DNA of 64,000 bases. It comes from Gemmatimonadaceae bacterium. GTDB taxonomy: Bacteria; Gemmatimonadota; Gemmatimonadetes; Gemmatimonadales; Gemmatimonadaceae. The stretch is taken from the NCBI GenBank assembly GCA_035997625.1, contig DASYIM010000092.1:51793-115792 (forward strand). Direction: 5' to 3'. The position numbers and the translations under genes are program-made. The notes beneath the pieces were generated by a model that searched no databases, was not told the DNA's origin, and worked only from the letters and a program-made list of their open reading frames with translations. Shown here one piece after another: positions 12,002 through 21,731 of the stretch (its first letter is position 1; each line of letters starts with the position of its first letter).

Positions 12002-12089
12002 GGACGGGTGGCCGAGTGGTTTAAGGCGCACGCCTGGAAAGTGTGTGTACGTTAATAGCGTACCGTGGGTTCGAATCCCACCCCGTCCG
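12002..12089 (+). tRNA. tRNA-Ser(GGA)
   Basis: Acceptor GGACGGG/CCCGTCC, anticodon arm CACGC-CTGGAAA-GTGTG, long variable arm, GTGGG-TTCGAAT-CCCAC; CCA not encoded. Confidence 0.96.
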
Positions 12090-12143
12090 TACGGAACATG
12101 CGATCCTCTTTCGCCCAAAAAGATCTGAGGATTTGACGCGACG

Positions 12144-13094
12144 GTGAGCTCGAGCGGCGTGGTGTCAGGTGTCGCTGCCGCCTCGGCGACGATCACTGCT
12201 ACCAACTCGGGTAAGTTTGGGACGTCGGCCATTACCGTAACCTCGGGGCCGGGTGGTAGCGGCACGATCTTGTTCCAGGAGGATTTCGAAGGCAGTGGAT
12301 TCTCGGCTGGCTGGTACGACAATACCAGCGTGCTGATGTCGACTGCGGAGCATACCGCCAACAGCACGGCGTCGGCTCAGTACCGCTTTACGGCGGGGGC
12401 GACGATGCCGACCTCGGGCGCCTCTTCGCGGCACAAGTTCACCCCTTCGAGCTCTGTCTACATCCGTTACGACGTGAAGTTCACGTCGAAGTGGGTGCGA
12501 TCGGGCCTCGCCTGTCATCCGCACGAGATCTATGTGATGAGCGACATGGACGCCGACTACGACGGGCCGTCCAACGCCTGGATGGCACTTTATCTCGAGC
12601 ACACCCATCAGAACGGCGGCAAGCCACGCCTGATGATGCAGGACAACAAAGCCGTCAATTCGGGCCTGGGCACGTACAATCTGGTTGGCGTCACCGAGAA
12701 TCGCTCGGCAGGCGGGTGCAACGGCATGGCCGAGACACACATGAACTCAGAGTGCTTCATGGAGGGGTATTGGTTCAACGATAAGCCGATCATTGGGCCC
12801 GTGGTCCTCCAGCCGAACGCGGGTACCGGGTACAAGGGCAACTGGAATCGGGTCGAGGCGTACTTCCAGCTGAACACCGTCGTCGGTGGAATTGGTCAGG
12901 CGGATGGTGTGATGCCGTAATGGTTCAATGGCACCCTCATCATTGATCGCCATGACATTCTCTATCGGACGGGCGCGCGACCGAACCTGAAATTGAACAA
13001 GTTCCTGATTGCGCCGTACATCGGCGACGGCTCGCCGGTTGATCAGTCGATGTTCATCAACAACCTGGTGGTGGCTTCTGCCAAAATACCTTAA
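12144..13094 (+). pseudogene. Truncated Ig-like (Big_2) plus beta-sandwich (LamG/lyase-like) extracellular protein remnant
   Basis: Begins mid Ig domain with no signal peptide; in-frame TAA at 12918-12920 followed by a protein-like continuation WFNGTLIIDRHDILYRTG...NLVVASAKIP* to 13094. Confidence 0.75.
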
Positions 13095-13262
13095 CTGACC
13101 GCTGCAAGATCATGTCCCGCGACTACTTAGGTCGTAGCGGCAGGATTTTGTTGTCCTGTGGTTGGCCTCATTGCGAATTGGACGGAGGGCCAGCTTCCAG
13201 AAAACGCTAGAACCGCATGAAAAAAGCGTGACCGGGCTCAGCCGTACTCAGTCCATTTATCA

Positions 13263-15206
13263 ATGGAGAAGATTCTCAAAACGGCGAAAGAAAGAGCTGA
13301 GTGGGTCAAGCACACCGCCAAGCTGGTCGCGGTCGCGGCATCATCCGGCGCGGCCCTCGTTTCCATCTTCACTGCGCTCTATTCCTACGGCGTTATCGGC
13401 GCGGCCGAATCGCACCAGTCGATCGGTAATATCGGGGCTGCTTGGGTGGGAGTGCGGCCGGCTCTGGATACCGCATCAGCGATTGGCGATACAATCCATT
13501 ACGCGGCGACAATCACCGATCGGAACGGAAGCATCCTTGTCGGCGCGCGGCCAACATGGACCACCGGAGACTCCACCATCGCCGTCGTACTCCAGGACGG
13601 CTCGGTTGTCTCGAGAGGTCCGGGTCGGACGATGGTCAGCGTCGTTGTAGGCAAGCTTGTAGCTCATTCCACGATCGTGGTGCGCCAGGTCGTGGCGAAG
13701 GTGGATGTGGGACGGGCAACTGGTGACAGTTTGTTGGTACTACCTGAGGGAGCGCAGCTCCAGTTGCGGGCTCGGGCGACAGATGCGCGCGGCTACCCCG
13801 TCGAAGGTTTCGAGACCGTCTGGCACGTCGACGACAACAGCGTCGCCGGCCTGGATAGCACGGGCCTGGTCACGGGGCGCTCCGCTGGGCGCACCATAAT
13901 CGGCGCCAGGATCGAAGGTGTTGCGGGTCGAGCCGGGGTGTCGGTGGTGACACCGGCGGCGGCGATCGCGCTGGTGGCGGGGACAAATCAGCGCGCACTT
14001 GCCGGTAAAGGGCTGCCCCAGGCTGTCGTGGTCAGAGCTACCAACAGGCGTGGCACCGCAGCATCCGGCAAGCGAGTGAGCTTCCGAGTTCCCGACGGGC
14101 AAGGCTCGGTTGACCCGGCAAGCGCGATCACCGATGCCGACGGCCGCGCGCGGACCGCCTGGACCCTCGGAGCTGATCCTGGCAGGCAGACACTTTTCGC
14201 CAGCGTGGAGAATGTAGACAGCGCGCTTCCGATCGCTGCCGAGGCAGATCCGGTCGCGGCGAATACGCGAGTCAGCGCACTGGTCGAGCGTCTGACGGGC
14301 AAAGCAGGGGAGTTGTTGCCCGACTCGGTGGCGATCAGGGTGACCGATTCCACGGGGCGCGTCCTTCCTGACGTGCCGGTTCGCTGGACTTTGGTCGACG
14401 GGGGAACTCTCGATTCGGCGTCGTCGCGGACTGACTCTCTGGGCGTGGCTAGTGCGCGATGGTTACTGGCGAAGAAAACCGGTGCCCAGAGGTTGCGGGC
14501 TCAGGTTGGGGTGGCGTCAGGCCTCGGGATATCGCCTGTGACCTTGACCGCGACCGCCCTCGCTGGAGCGGCGACAGAGGTGGTCGCCACTCTCGGAGAC
14601 AACCAGGCCGCCGCTGCGGGAGCAGGACTACCGAAGCCGATCGTCCTGCGTGTGGCCGACTTGAACGGCAGCGGAGTGTCCGGTGCGGCTCTGACGCTTG
14701 CCGCCTCAGGCGGGATTTTGTCCGACACCTCGCTCACTAGCGATTCTCTGGGGATCGCTCGGTTTCGGTGGACCATGGGACACTCCGCCGGCGACTACTC
14801 GCTTGCGGTGCATGTGGAAGGAGTGAAGAAGCTTCTCAAAGTGACGGCGCGGGCGACTCCGGCCGCGGCGGCAAATCTGGCCTTTGACGATGCGCCCGGC
14901 GAAAAGCGTAGTCGTGAGGCGGCAAAGCTGAAGAAGCTATACGCAGTAGTGACCGACGTTTACGGCAATCCCGTGCCCGATGCTCGGGTGAATTTCTCCA
15001 CCAAGGCGGGAGTGGTGACGCCGGCAAGGGCGGTCAGCGACGCCAAGGGTCGAGCCGCGCTCACCTGGAAGCTGGGCGCCAAGTCAGGCGAGCAAACCCT
15101 GAAAGGATTCGTGAAGGGAACCGACGTCATCGGCGAGTACGTCACCCAGGTTGGTTCACCAATAGTGGCCGCCAAGCCGGCCGCCCTCCGGGCCGCGAAC
15201 AAATAG
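13263..15206 (+). CDS. Membrane-anchored multi Ig-like (Big_2/Big_1, invasin-like) protein
   Basis: N-terminal hydrophobic segment; repeated TDADGRARTAWTLG / TDSLGVASARWLL / SDAKGRAALTWKLG units. Confidence 0.8.
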   Translation: MEKILKTAKERAEWVKHTAKLVAVAASSGAALVSIFTALYSYGVIGAAESHQSIGNIGAAWVGVRPALDTASAIGDTIHYAATITDRNGSILVGARPTWTTGDSTIAVVLQDGSVVSRGPGRTMVSVVVGKLVAHSTIVVRQVVAKVDVGRATGDSLLVLPEGAQLQLRARATDARGYPVEGFETVWHVDDNSVAGLDSTGLVTGRSAGRTIIGARIEGVAGRAGVSVVTPAAAIALVAGTNQRALAGKGLPQAVVVRATNRRGTAASGKRVSFRVPDGQGSVDPASAITDADGRARTAWTLGADPGRQTLFASVENVDSALPIAAEADPVAANTRVSALVERLTGKAGELLPDSVAIRVTDSTGRVLPDVPVRWTLVDGGTLDSASSRTDSLGVASARWLLAKKTGAQRLRAQVGVASGLGISPVTLTATALAGAATEVVATLGDNQAAAAGAGLPKPIVLRVADLNGSGVSGAALTLAASGGILSDTSLTSDSLGIARFRWTMGHSAGDYSLAVHVEGVKKLLKVTARATPAAAANLAFDDAPGEKRSREAAKLKKLYAVVTDVYGNPVPDARVNFSTKAGVVTPARAVSDAKGRAALTWKLGAKSGEQTLKGFVKGTDVIGEYVTQVGSPIVAAKPAALRAANK

Positions 15207-15477
15207 GTTGTCGAGCCCGCCCGATCCGGCCGTCCAAACCCACTACAAACGTTTAGATATCGACCGGATGACCGTATTCAGCGAGGTCGCGATCGCTGAA
15301 ACGGCAATTTTCTTTAGCTCAGTCTATGCTTTATATGCCACGTGTTAACAGCCTACGTCATACGCTGTTAGCAGGCAGGATTAAAGTGACTTAGCCGGTC
15401 AGAGCTAACTCAGCAGTTACACAAAGTCTGTACCGATAGTCATTTTATTGTTCGCGCCCAGCTGAGTCTGTACGGGC

Positions 15478-15578
15478 GCCTCCGAAAACCGGCAAACCCG
15501 CTGAAAAGCGGTGACGCAAAGCCCCGAGACTAAAGCGCACGTCGTACCACGCCATGTCAGTCGAGCTACCGAAGAGGA
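15478..15578 (+). ncRNA. c-di-GMP-I (GEMM) riboswitch
   Basis: GGCAAAC-CCGCT-GAAA-AGCGG-TGACGCAAAGC...GACTAA...CATGTC...GCTACCGAA fits the class-I consensus, including the GAAA tetraloop and its receptor. Confidence 0.88.
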
Positions 15579-15584
15579 GCCTCA

Positions 15585-16679
15585 ATGAACCACCCCCGCG
15601 TCAGACTCAGCTCAGCCGTAGCGACCCTCGTCGCTATTTCGGCTTTTATCCTTCCGGCTCGCATGAGCGCGCTTCAACTATACGCGCGCGCCGGACGGGC
15701 GGGCTCGAATGCTGTCGCGAATCGTACCGATTCATTGCTTACCGCTGCCTCGGCAGCGGGTGGGCCAGCTTCGGATAGCGCGTCCTCGACCGACAAGAAA
15801 GAACCCCTCATGTCTTCGGGCGAGAAGGGCAGCGGCTTGAGCGGCAAAGTGTTCGTGCGTTTCGTAATGCCGGAAGACTGGATTTCGCTCGCCTCGCTAC
15901 CCGGCGCGACGGTCTCCAACGCCTCCATTCAGGGCACGCCGACCACCGGCTCTGAGACGGTTTTCACGATGCGCTCGTTTGGCCAGAAAGTCCGTGCCTG
16001 GCTAAATGGCTACCGCCTCGGGTACTGGCCGGCGGAGAAGGGACGTCTCAGATCAGAAGCCTATAAGAACCCGGACGGGTTTATTGAAGTCACTCCGGAC
16101 AACGAGGACACCCGCGTTTCCGAGCACTTCAGGCTGAGAGACTTTGTCTCCCACGACCAGAAAGAAGTGTGGCCCAAGTATGTCGTCCTCCGTGAGCCGC
16201 TGCTCGACAAGCTCGAGCTCGTCATCGAAGACCTCAACGACCACGGCGTCAACGCCGAGGGCATGCGAATCCGGTCTGGATTCCGCACACCGGCCCACAA
16301 TTTCGCCGTTCGCGGCGAGGGCAGTGCGCGTGACAGCCGCCACCAGTTCGGTGACGCCGCCGACGTCTTCATCGATCAGGAAGGCAATGGCAAGATGTCG
16401 GACCTGAACGGCGACGGTAAGGTCAGCTTCGCCGACGTCAAGATGATCCTCGACGCGGTCGAGAGAGTGGAAGCGCGGTATCCGGAGCTCGTTGGCGGCA
16501 CCGGGCTCTACGCCTACTCGGGGCGCAGTGGGCCGTTTGCCCACATCGATGTCCGCGGTACCCGCGCTCGCTGGGTTCGTGGCATTTACAAGGGCCGGTC
16601 TCGCCGTGTCAGCAGCAAGACCCGCAAAACGACAGCGAAAGCGGCGGCGCCTGCAAAGAAGGTAGCCTCAAAGGGTTAG
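15585..16679 (+). CDS. Peptidase M15 family (YcbK-like Zn D,D-peptidase), exported
   Basis: SGFRTPAHN, SRHQFGDAAD, HIDVRG motifs; N-terminal hydrophobic segment; SD GAGGAG. Confidence 0.85.
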   Translation: MNHPRVRLSSAVATLVAISAFILPARMSALQLYARAGRAGSNAVANRTDSLLTAASAAGGPASDSASSTDKKEPLMSSGEKGSGLSGKVFVRFVMPEDWISLASLPGATVSNASIQGTPTTGSETVFTMRSFGQKVRAWLNGYRLGYWPAEKGRLRSEAYKNPDGFIEVTPDNEDTRVSEHFRLRDFVSHDQKEVWPKYVVLREPLLDKLELVIEDLNDHGVNAEGMRIRSGFRTPAHNFAVRGEGSARDSRHQFGDAADVFIDQEGNGKMSDLNGDGKVSFADVKMILDAVERVEARYPELVGGTGLYAYSGRSGPFAHIDVRGTRARWVRGIYKGRSRRVSSKTRKTTAKAAAPAKKVASKG

Positions 16680-16688
16680 CAGGCTCGG

Positions 16689-19427
16689 CTACCTTCCAAT
16701 CCAGTAGGTCCCTTTGATCTGGAAGACGTTGGTCGGCTTGTCACGGAACAGCGCCGACCGATCCCGGTTGAAATTGAAGTCGCCGAACTGATCTGAGCCG
16801 CTCCGCTCCTGGGTCCACACGAAGTAGAGCGTCGAGCCCGGCCGGTACTCCCAGCGCAGCACGCTGGTCCCACGCAACGATCTGAAATTGAAGTCCTGGT
16901 TGTCGAACGTGAACGCGTTCGCGGGTCCGCCGCCGTCGGGGTCGATGGTGTAGGTGACTGCCCCGTCGGCATCGACGTTTTTCGTCACCGTGCTGCCGTT
17001 GTCGCGCCCGAACAGGTTCATGCGGAGCGACTTCACCTCGGCGAATTCCTTGAAGTTTGTGTACTTCCCACTCGCCAGGAACGGCTGCGCGAACATCTCC
17101 AGAGTCAGATTTGGCGTAAAAGTAACGTTGACCCTGGTGTCCATCGAATAGGTCTTCTGCTGCAGCCGCCCGAAGACGTAGCGGTTGCCCGCGAATCCGG
17201 CGGGGGCGGTCGGATCAGCAAACACATCTATGTATTGCTGGGCCGTGTTATCGATGTCGAGCGATGGTGAGAGGCTGAGCAGAACCTGGGATGATGGCTT
17301 GTAGGTCACCGCCGGTGCGTAGAACTGCCTTCCGCCCTCGCTGTTGTCTACGGGTCTGATCAATTGCACCGTCATATGGCCGACGATTCGCTTTCGGTTG
17401 TCAGTACCAAAATCGGTCGACAACATGTTGTAGCCATAGTGCATGACGGTAGGCCCACTGCGGGTCAGTCGCTCGTCGTAAAAGCTTGGGTGCAATAGCA
17501 CAAAGCCACTGAAGTTCATGTAGTTCTTGAAGGTGACCTGACCCCACGCGTGATAATCGATATCGTTTCGATCACCATCGTAGTCGTACTGCTGTTCCGC
17601 CCCCCAGATCGTGAAGAGATTCCGATACCAGGGTCCGGGAGTCGTCCATTGCCGGAAGATGTTGGCGACCATCCACTTATAGTCGGCGCGGTTGGTGACA
17701 CCCAGATCGTTGGCCTCGAAACCGGGGCTGCGCCAGTTCTGTGTCGTCTCCCAAAGCCAGTCGCCGGTTTCCTTCGCCACCCGGCCGTAAAACCCGTACC
17801 CGTAAAGGCTGCGACGAGTGGGGTCCAATTCGGTCGAAAACAGCCCGTCTGAAGTGACAGTACGTCCCGGCCGCTGATAGTAGCGTGCGCTGGCGAACTG
17901 TGCGCGGCGTATGGCCGCAGTGTCTCCACCGATGTGGGTCAGCGCCGTCTGCAGGTTGAACGAGTAGGCGCGATTTCCCCAGTGATGATCCAGGTCCAGA
18001 CCCGCGCTCTGAGCGTTCGACCTCAGGCGTGCAATCTCCTCGGGATTCGAGAGCGAACGGTTCACCAGCGTCGTGATGCTGCCGAGACGGGTATTGCCAC
18101 CGTTGAAATCCTTCTTGAACCGTCCGATGAAGTAATTGGCAAGCGGCTCGACTTCCCGGGTCTGGTCCACCGTGCTACCGCCCGTCCGGAAGGTCGCGTC
18201 TTCACGGGCAGTGACCGCATCCAGAACGCCGACGCTCATTCCCTTGCCGGTGCGGCCGGTGACCTTACCCGCCCCAAGGATGGTGGTCGCGTCCGCCGCG
18301 TCCATATAGTCAGCCTCGTCGGCGACGACCCCCGAGAGCTGGGGAGAGCGACCGATCCGTCGGGTGTAGATCAGATTCAGGCTCGAGACGTTGCTGCAGA
18401 AGTAGCAACTGATCCCTCCCGTTGAGAAATATTGGGAATTGGAGACGAAGAAAGGCCTCTTTTCAGCGAACGTCGTCTCGAACACGGAAAGGTTGACCAC
18501 CGCCGGGTCGACCTCGACCTGGCCGAAATCGGGGTTCACTGTCCCATCGAGGGTAAGATTCGATGTGAGGTTCACCTTCACATCGCCACCCGCGCGGTAG
18601 ATCATCTCATTCTTGGAATAGTACGGGTTTCCTGGCTGGGCGGGCTTCAGTGTGCTGCGCGTTGTGACGTAGGGAACTATCTCCGCCTGGCGAGGCTGCG
18701 ATTCCAGCTTGATGCCTTCCAATGTCCCGAAATAGGCTGGACCACCGTACTCGTTGCCGCGCCAGAACGCCCACATGTCCTGTTCGGCGCGTCGGTTTAT
18801 CTCGCGCCAGATCTGCATTCCCCAGATTTGGTCGTGAGCCCGCGAGAATCGGAGCTGCGAGTAGGGAATTCGGAACTCCGCGGTCCAGCCGAGCGAGTCG
18901 ATATTCGTCGCTCCCTCCCAGACAGGATCGTACGAGGGATCACCATTCTGGTGGTCGCCCTTCACTCCGTCGGGGTTGAGCTCGAACCAGGTGCGGCTGT
19001 TCTTGTCCCGGAAGGTGTCGAAGACGAAGGCGATGCGATCCGAGGTCAGGTTGTTGTCGCCGTTCATCACCTGATCGCGGCGCGACAGAGCCGAGCGGAT
19101 GCCCTTGGCCCCTAGCGAGTCGTACATCCGGGCTCCGATATAGAGCGCGCCGGCATCGTAAAGGATTCGAATCTCCGTCCGCTGACTGGGCGCTTTCCCT
19201 TCATCAGGTGAGGACTGCACCAGTTCTGTTATCGGTTTGGCTGCATTCCACGCCGTCTCGTCGAGGTGTCCATCAACTATCACCTCGCCAATTCGAAGTT
19301 CCGCCTGTGCGACCGGGCGAGGATCGTTTTGGGATTTGGTCGTTGCCTGGGAGACAGCTAAGGAAGGCAGTAACAGAAGACAGGGGAGGGTGAGCCGCAA
19401 TACTGCGACGGACGGACGAGCGGGCAT
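16689..19427 (-). CDS. CBM9-like plus DUF5916 outer-membrane protein
   Basis: VDGHLDETAW, WTAEFRIP, NPDFGQVEVDPAVVNLS..E...AEKRPFF; SD AGGAG before ATG 19427. Confidence 0.85.
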   Translation of the reverse strand: MPARPSVAVLRLTLPCLLLLPSLAVSQATTKSQNDPRPVAQAELRIGEVIVDGHLDETAWNAAKPITELVQSSPDEGKAPSQRTEIRILYDAGALYIGARMYDSLGAKGIRSALSRRDQVMNGDNNLTSDRIAFVFDTFRDKNSRTWFELNPDGVKGDHQNGDPSYDPVWEGATNIDSLGWTAEFRIPYSQLRFSRAHDQIWGMQIWREINRRAEQDMWAFWRGNEYGGPAYFGTLEGIKLESQPRQAEIVPYVTTRSTLKPAQPGNPYYSKNEMIYRAGGDVKVNLTSNLTLDGTVNPDFGQVEVDPAVVNLSVFETTFAEKRPFFVSNSQYFSTGGISCYFCSNVSSLNLIYTRRIGRSPQLSGVVADEADYMDAADATTILGAGKVTGRTGKGMSVGVLDAVTAREDATFRTGGSTVDQTREVEPLANYFIGRFKKDFNGGNTRLGSITTLVNRSLSNPEEIARLRSNAQSAGLDLDHHWGNRAYSFNLQTALTHIGGDTAAIRRAQFASARYYQRPGRTVTSDGLFSTELDPTRRSLYGYGFYGRVAKETGDWLWETTQNWRSPGFEANDLGVTNRADYKWMVANIFRQWTTPGPWYRNLFTIWGAEQQYDYDGDRNDIDYHAWGQVTFKNYMNFSGFVLLHPSFYDERLTRSGPTVMHYGYNMLSTDFGTDNRKRIVGHMTVQLIRPVDNSEGGRQFYAPAVTYKPSSQVLLSLSPSLDIDNTAQQYIDVFADPTAPAGFAGNRYVFGRLQQKTYSMDTRVNVTFTPNLTLEMFAQPFLASGKYTNFKEFAEVKSLRMNLFGRDNGSTVTKNVDADGAVTYTIDPDGGGPANAFTFDNQDFNFRSLRGTSVLRWEYRPGSTLYFVWTQERSGSDQFGDFNFNRDRSALFRDKPTNVFQIKGTYWIGR

Positions 19428-19610
19428 ATCGACTCCTGCGAGTGGATTCGGTTGACGGGAAATACCGAACGCGGCAGCCCAACCCCGTTCCAACCTTAGA
19501 CCGCAGATCGGTCTAAATGGTTGGAATTCGCGCCGCGCTTTGATCCTTTCAGCGCCGGTAGCCCAGACCGGCACTATCTTCCTTTCCGTCCTACGGGGTT
19601 AGATGCGCGA

Positions 19611-20693
19611 ATGTGTCATACGGTTGTCCGGAGGCTTCACTTGAGATTCGTTTTGCCGTGTTTGCTGTTACTTGTGCATGCCGCGGCGTCGGCGCAGTCC
19701 ACAGCTCCAAATCCGGCGACCATCGCAGCCGAGCCGGGTGAAGCGCACCTGCGAAATATCCGCCAGCTCACCAACGGCGGGGAAAACGCGGAAGCATACT
19801 TCAGCCACGACGGCCGCCGGCTGATTTTCCAGAGCACGCGCGACGGGCGAACCTGCGATCAGCAATACGTGATGCGGATCGACGGAAGTCGCGTCCGCCA
19901 GGTTTCGAGCGGTCTGGGCAAGACCACTTGCGGCTACTTCATGGATGGTGACCGGCGCATTTTCTTCGCATCGAGCGAGGCGCTGGAGAAGGACTGCCCG
20001 CCTCGTCCGGATCCGTCGAAGGGCTACGTCTGGCGGCTTGACCCATTCGACATCTACACGGCGCGCGCTGACGGCTCGGCCCGGCGCCGGCTAACTCGCT
20101 TCGGGGTGTATACCGCGGAAGGCGTACTTTCTCCGGATGGCCGAAAGATCGTCTTCACTTCGCTGAAGGATGGTGACCTGGACATCTACGTGATGAACGT
20201 CGATGGCTCCAATCTCAGGAAGCTGACGAGCCAGCTCGGGTACGATGGCGGCGCCTGGTGGTCCCCGGATGGCAAGCAGATTGTCTATCGCGCCAACCAT
20301 CCCCAGACGCCGGCCGAGATCAGCGCCTACAAGGATCTACTGGCTCAGCGTCTGGTGCGTCCGAACAAGATGGACCTGTGGATAATGAACGCCGACGGAA
20401 GCGGCCAGCGGCAGGTGACCCACCTCGGCGCCGCCAGCTTTGGTCCGTCGTGGACGGCTGACGGCAGGAAAATCATCTTCGCCTCCAACCATCACACCGA
20501 TCCAAAGCTCGGCAACTTCGACCTGTTTCTGATCAACCTGGACGGGTCCGGCCTCGAGCAGGTGACGACTGCTTCGACGTTCGACGGTTTTCCGATGTTC
20601 AGCCCGGACGGGCGCAAGCTGGTTTGGGCGTCGAACCGGCACGACGCGAACCCGCACGAGACGAACATCTTCGTGGCGGACTGGGTGAACTAG
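19611..20693 (+). CDS. TolB-like PD40-repeat beta-propeller protein
   Basis: Repeated SPDGRKIVF motifs; signal peptide; start uncertain (19611-19641). Confidence 0.85.
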   Translation: MCHTVVRRLHLRFVLPCLLLLVHAAASAQSTAPNPATIAAEPGEAHLRNIRQLTNGGENAEAYFSHDGRRLIFQSTRDGRTCDQQYVMRIDGSRVRQVSSGLGKTTCGYFMDGDRRIFFASSEALEKDCPPRPDPSKGYVWRLDPFDIYTARADGSARRRLTRFGVYTAEGVLSPDGRKIVFTSLKDGDLDIYVMNVDGSNLRKLTSQLGYDGGAWWSPDGKQIVYRANHPQTPAEISAYKDLLAQRLVRPNKMDLWIMNADGSGQRQVTHLGAASFGPSWTADGRKIIFASNHHTDPKLGNFDLFLINLDGSGLEQVTTASTFDGFPMFSPDGRKLVWASNRHDANPHETNIFVADWVN

Positions 20694-21172
20694 TCGGCGA
20701 TTGGTCGTATTTGGGCAAGATGGTGTTTCAGATGTCCTACGTAGTCGCTCATGAAATAGTCGAGTGTCACCGGTTCGTCGCGCGGAACTGGTCGCCACGC
20801 AATTTCGTCGAGATTGTGAAGTGCCCGTTTGCGAACACGCTCGTCATAGGGGGCGGACTGCATGATGCGCGCGATGTGAAGGTTGAAGTTTCGCCAAAGA
20901 TCGATCAGCTCGTCCCACGGCGCGTCTCTGTATTTTTGCAAAGAAACCCAGGCATCCTGCTCATAACCATCGAAAAGCAAATCGTCCTTGAACTGCGCGC
21001 GCACGAAACGTTGATGGTTGTTTGATGCGGAATCGATCAAGTGCCCAATCACCTCGCGCGGGCACCATTTCCCCGGTTTTGGCTGGCGACGCGAGTCCTC
21101 ATCGCTCATCTGATGGAGATTCGTTGCGGCTCTCTCAACCGCTTCGCGCAGCTCTACAGCGTACTCTGACAC
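20690..21172 (-). CDS. DinB family protein
   Basis: PGKWCPREVIGHLIDS..NNHQRF and HLKHH metal-binding motifs. Confidence 0.85.
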   Translation of the reverse strand: MSEYAVELREAVERAATNLHQMSDEDSRRQPKPGKWCPREVIGHLIDSASNNHQRFVRAQFKDDLLFDGYEQDAWVSLQKYRDAPWDELIDLWRNFNLHIARIMQSAPYDERVRKRALHNLDEIAWRPVPRDEPVTLDYFMSDYVGHLKHHLAQIRPIAD

Positions 21173-21298
21173 GGCTAAAGACCCCCTGAACGAACTGGCC
21201 CGGCAATTGAATGTTTCGGAAACCCGACCCTTCCCAGTATTGTGGGGTATCGGTCGAGGCGATTCAATCCGGCTCCCAACTTATTTCCGATTCCACCG

Positions 21299-21673
21299 AT
21301 GAAACGCATTGCGTTGCTCTTTGTGCTCGTTATGGGTCTGGCCGCGGCCTCCGCAGCCCGCTCGCAGCAGCCTGGAAACGATTCCGCAACTAAGGCCAAA
21401 CGAAAGGCCGTAACAGACACAGTCGATTTCAAGCCTTCTCCCGAGCTGCAGAAGTCGCTGGAGGATCTGGCGGCAGCGGTGCAGGCTCTTGCACTGCGCA
21501 TCGCCCAGGACCCACAAGTCAAGGCTGCCGCGATGCAGGTTGCATCGGGCGCGGTAACCACCGCCCAGCAAGTGATCGCGGAGCAGTCGGTGCACATTCA
21601 GGAAGCGCTCAAAGCGGCCGCCGATCGAATCTCGGCGCAGTCAGACCAGCACCAGAAGCTGAAGACCCCGTAG
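21299..21673 (+). CDS. Secreted helical hypothetical protein
   Basis: Typical signal peptide MKRIALLFVLVMGLAAASAA; Ala/Gln-rich helix. Confidence 0.7.
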   Translation: MKRIALLFVLVMGLAAASAARSQQPGNDSATKAKRKAVTDTVDFKPSPELQKSLEDLAAAVQALALRIAQDPQVKAAAMQVASGAVTTAQQVIAEQSVHIQEALKAAADRISAQSDQHQKLKTP

Positions 21674-21731
21674 ACGGCGTTTCCGCTCACCGAGTTTGCG
21701 GCCGGGCATGGAGTCTGCCCGGCTCGTCTCT

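Noticed and set aside
11823-12089. Long-variable-arm tRNAs as possible tRNA-Sec, given selB nearby
   Set aside because: Anticodons are CGA and GGA with 7-bp acceptor stems; both are ordinary tRNA-Ser
11324-12367. 347-aa minus-strand ORF and 11829-12128 plus-strand ORF
   Set aside because: They overlap the tRNAs and terminator; spurious
12918-12920. Programmed recoding at the internal stop
   Set aside because: The codon is TAA, not TGA or TAG, and the gene is also 5'-truncated; pseudogene is simpler
10186-13260. Integrative element or prophage at tRNA-Ser
   Set aside because: No integrase, phage genes or duplicated tRNA 3' end seen by eye
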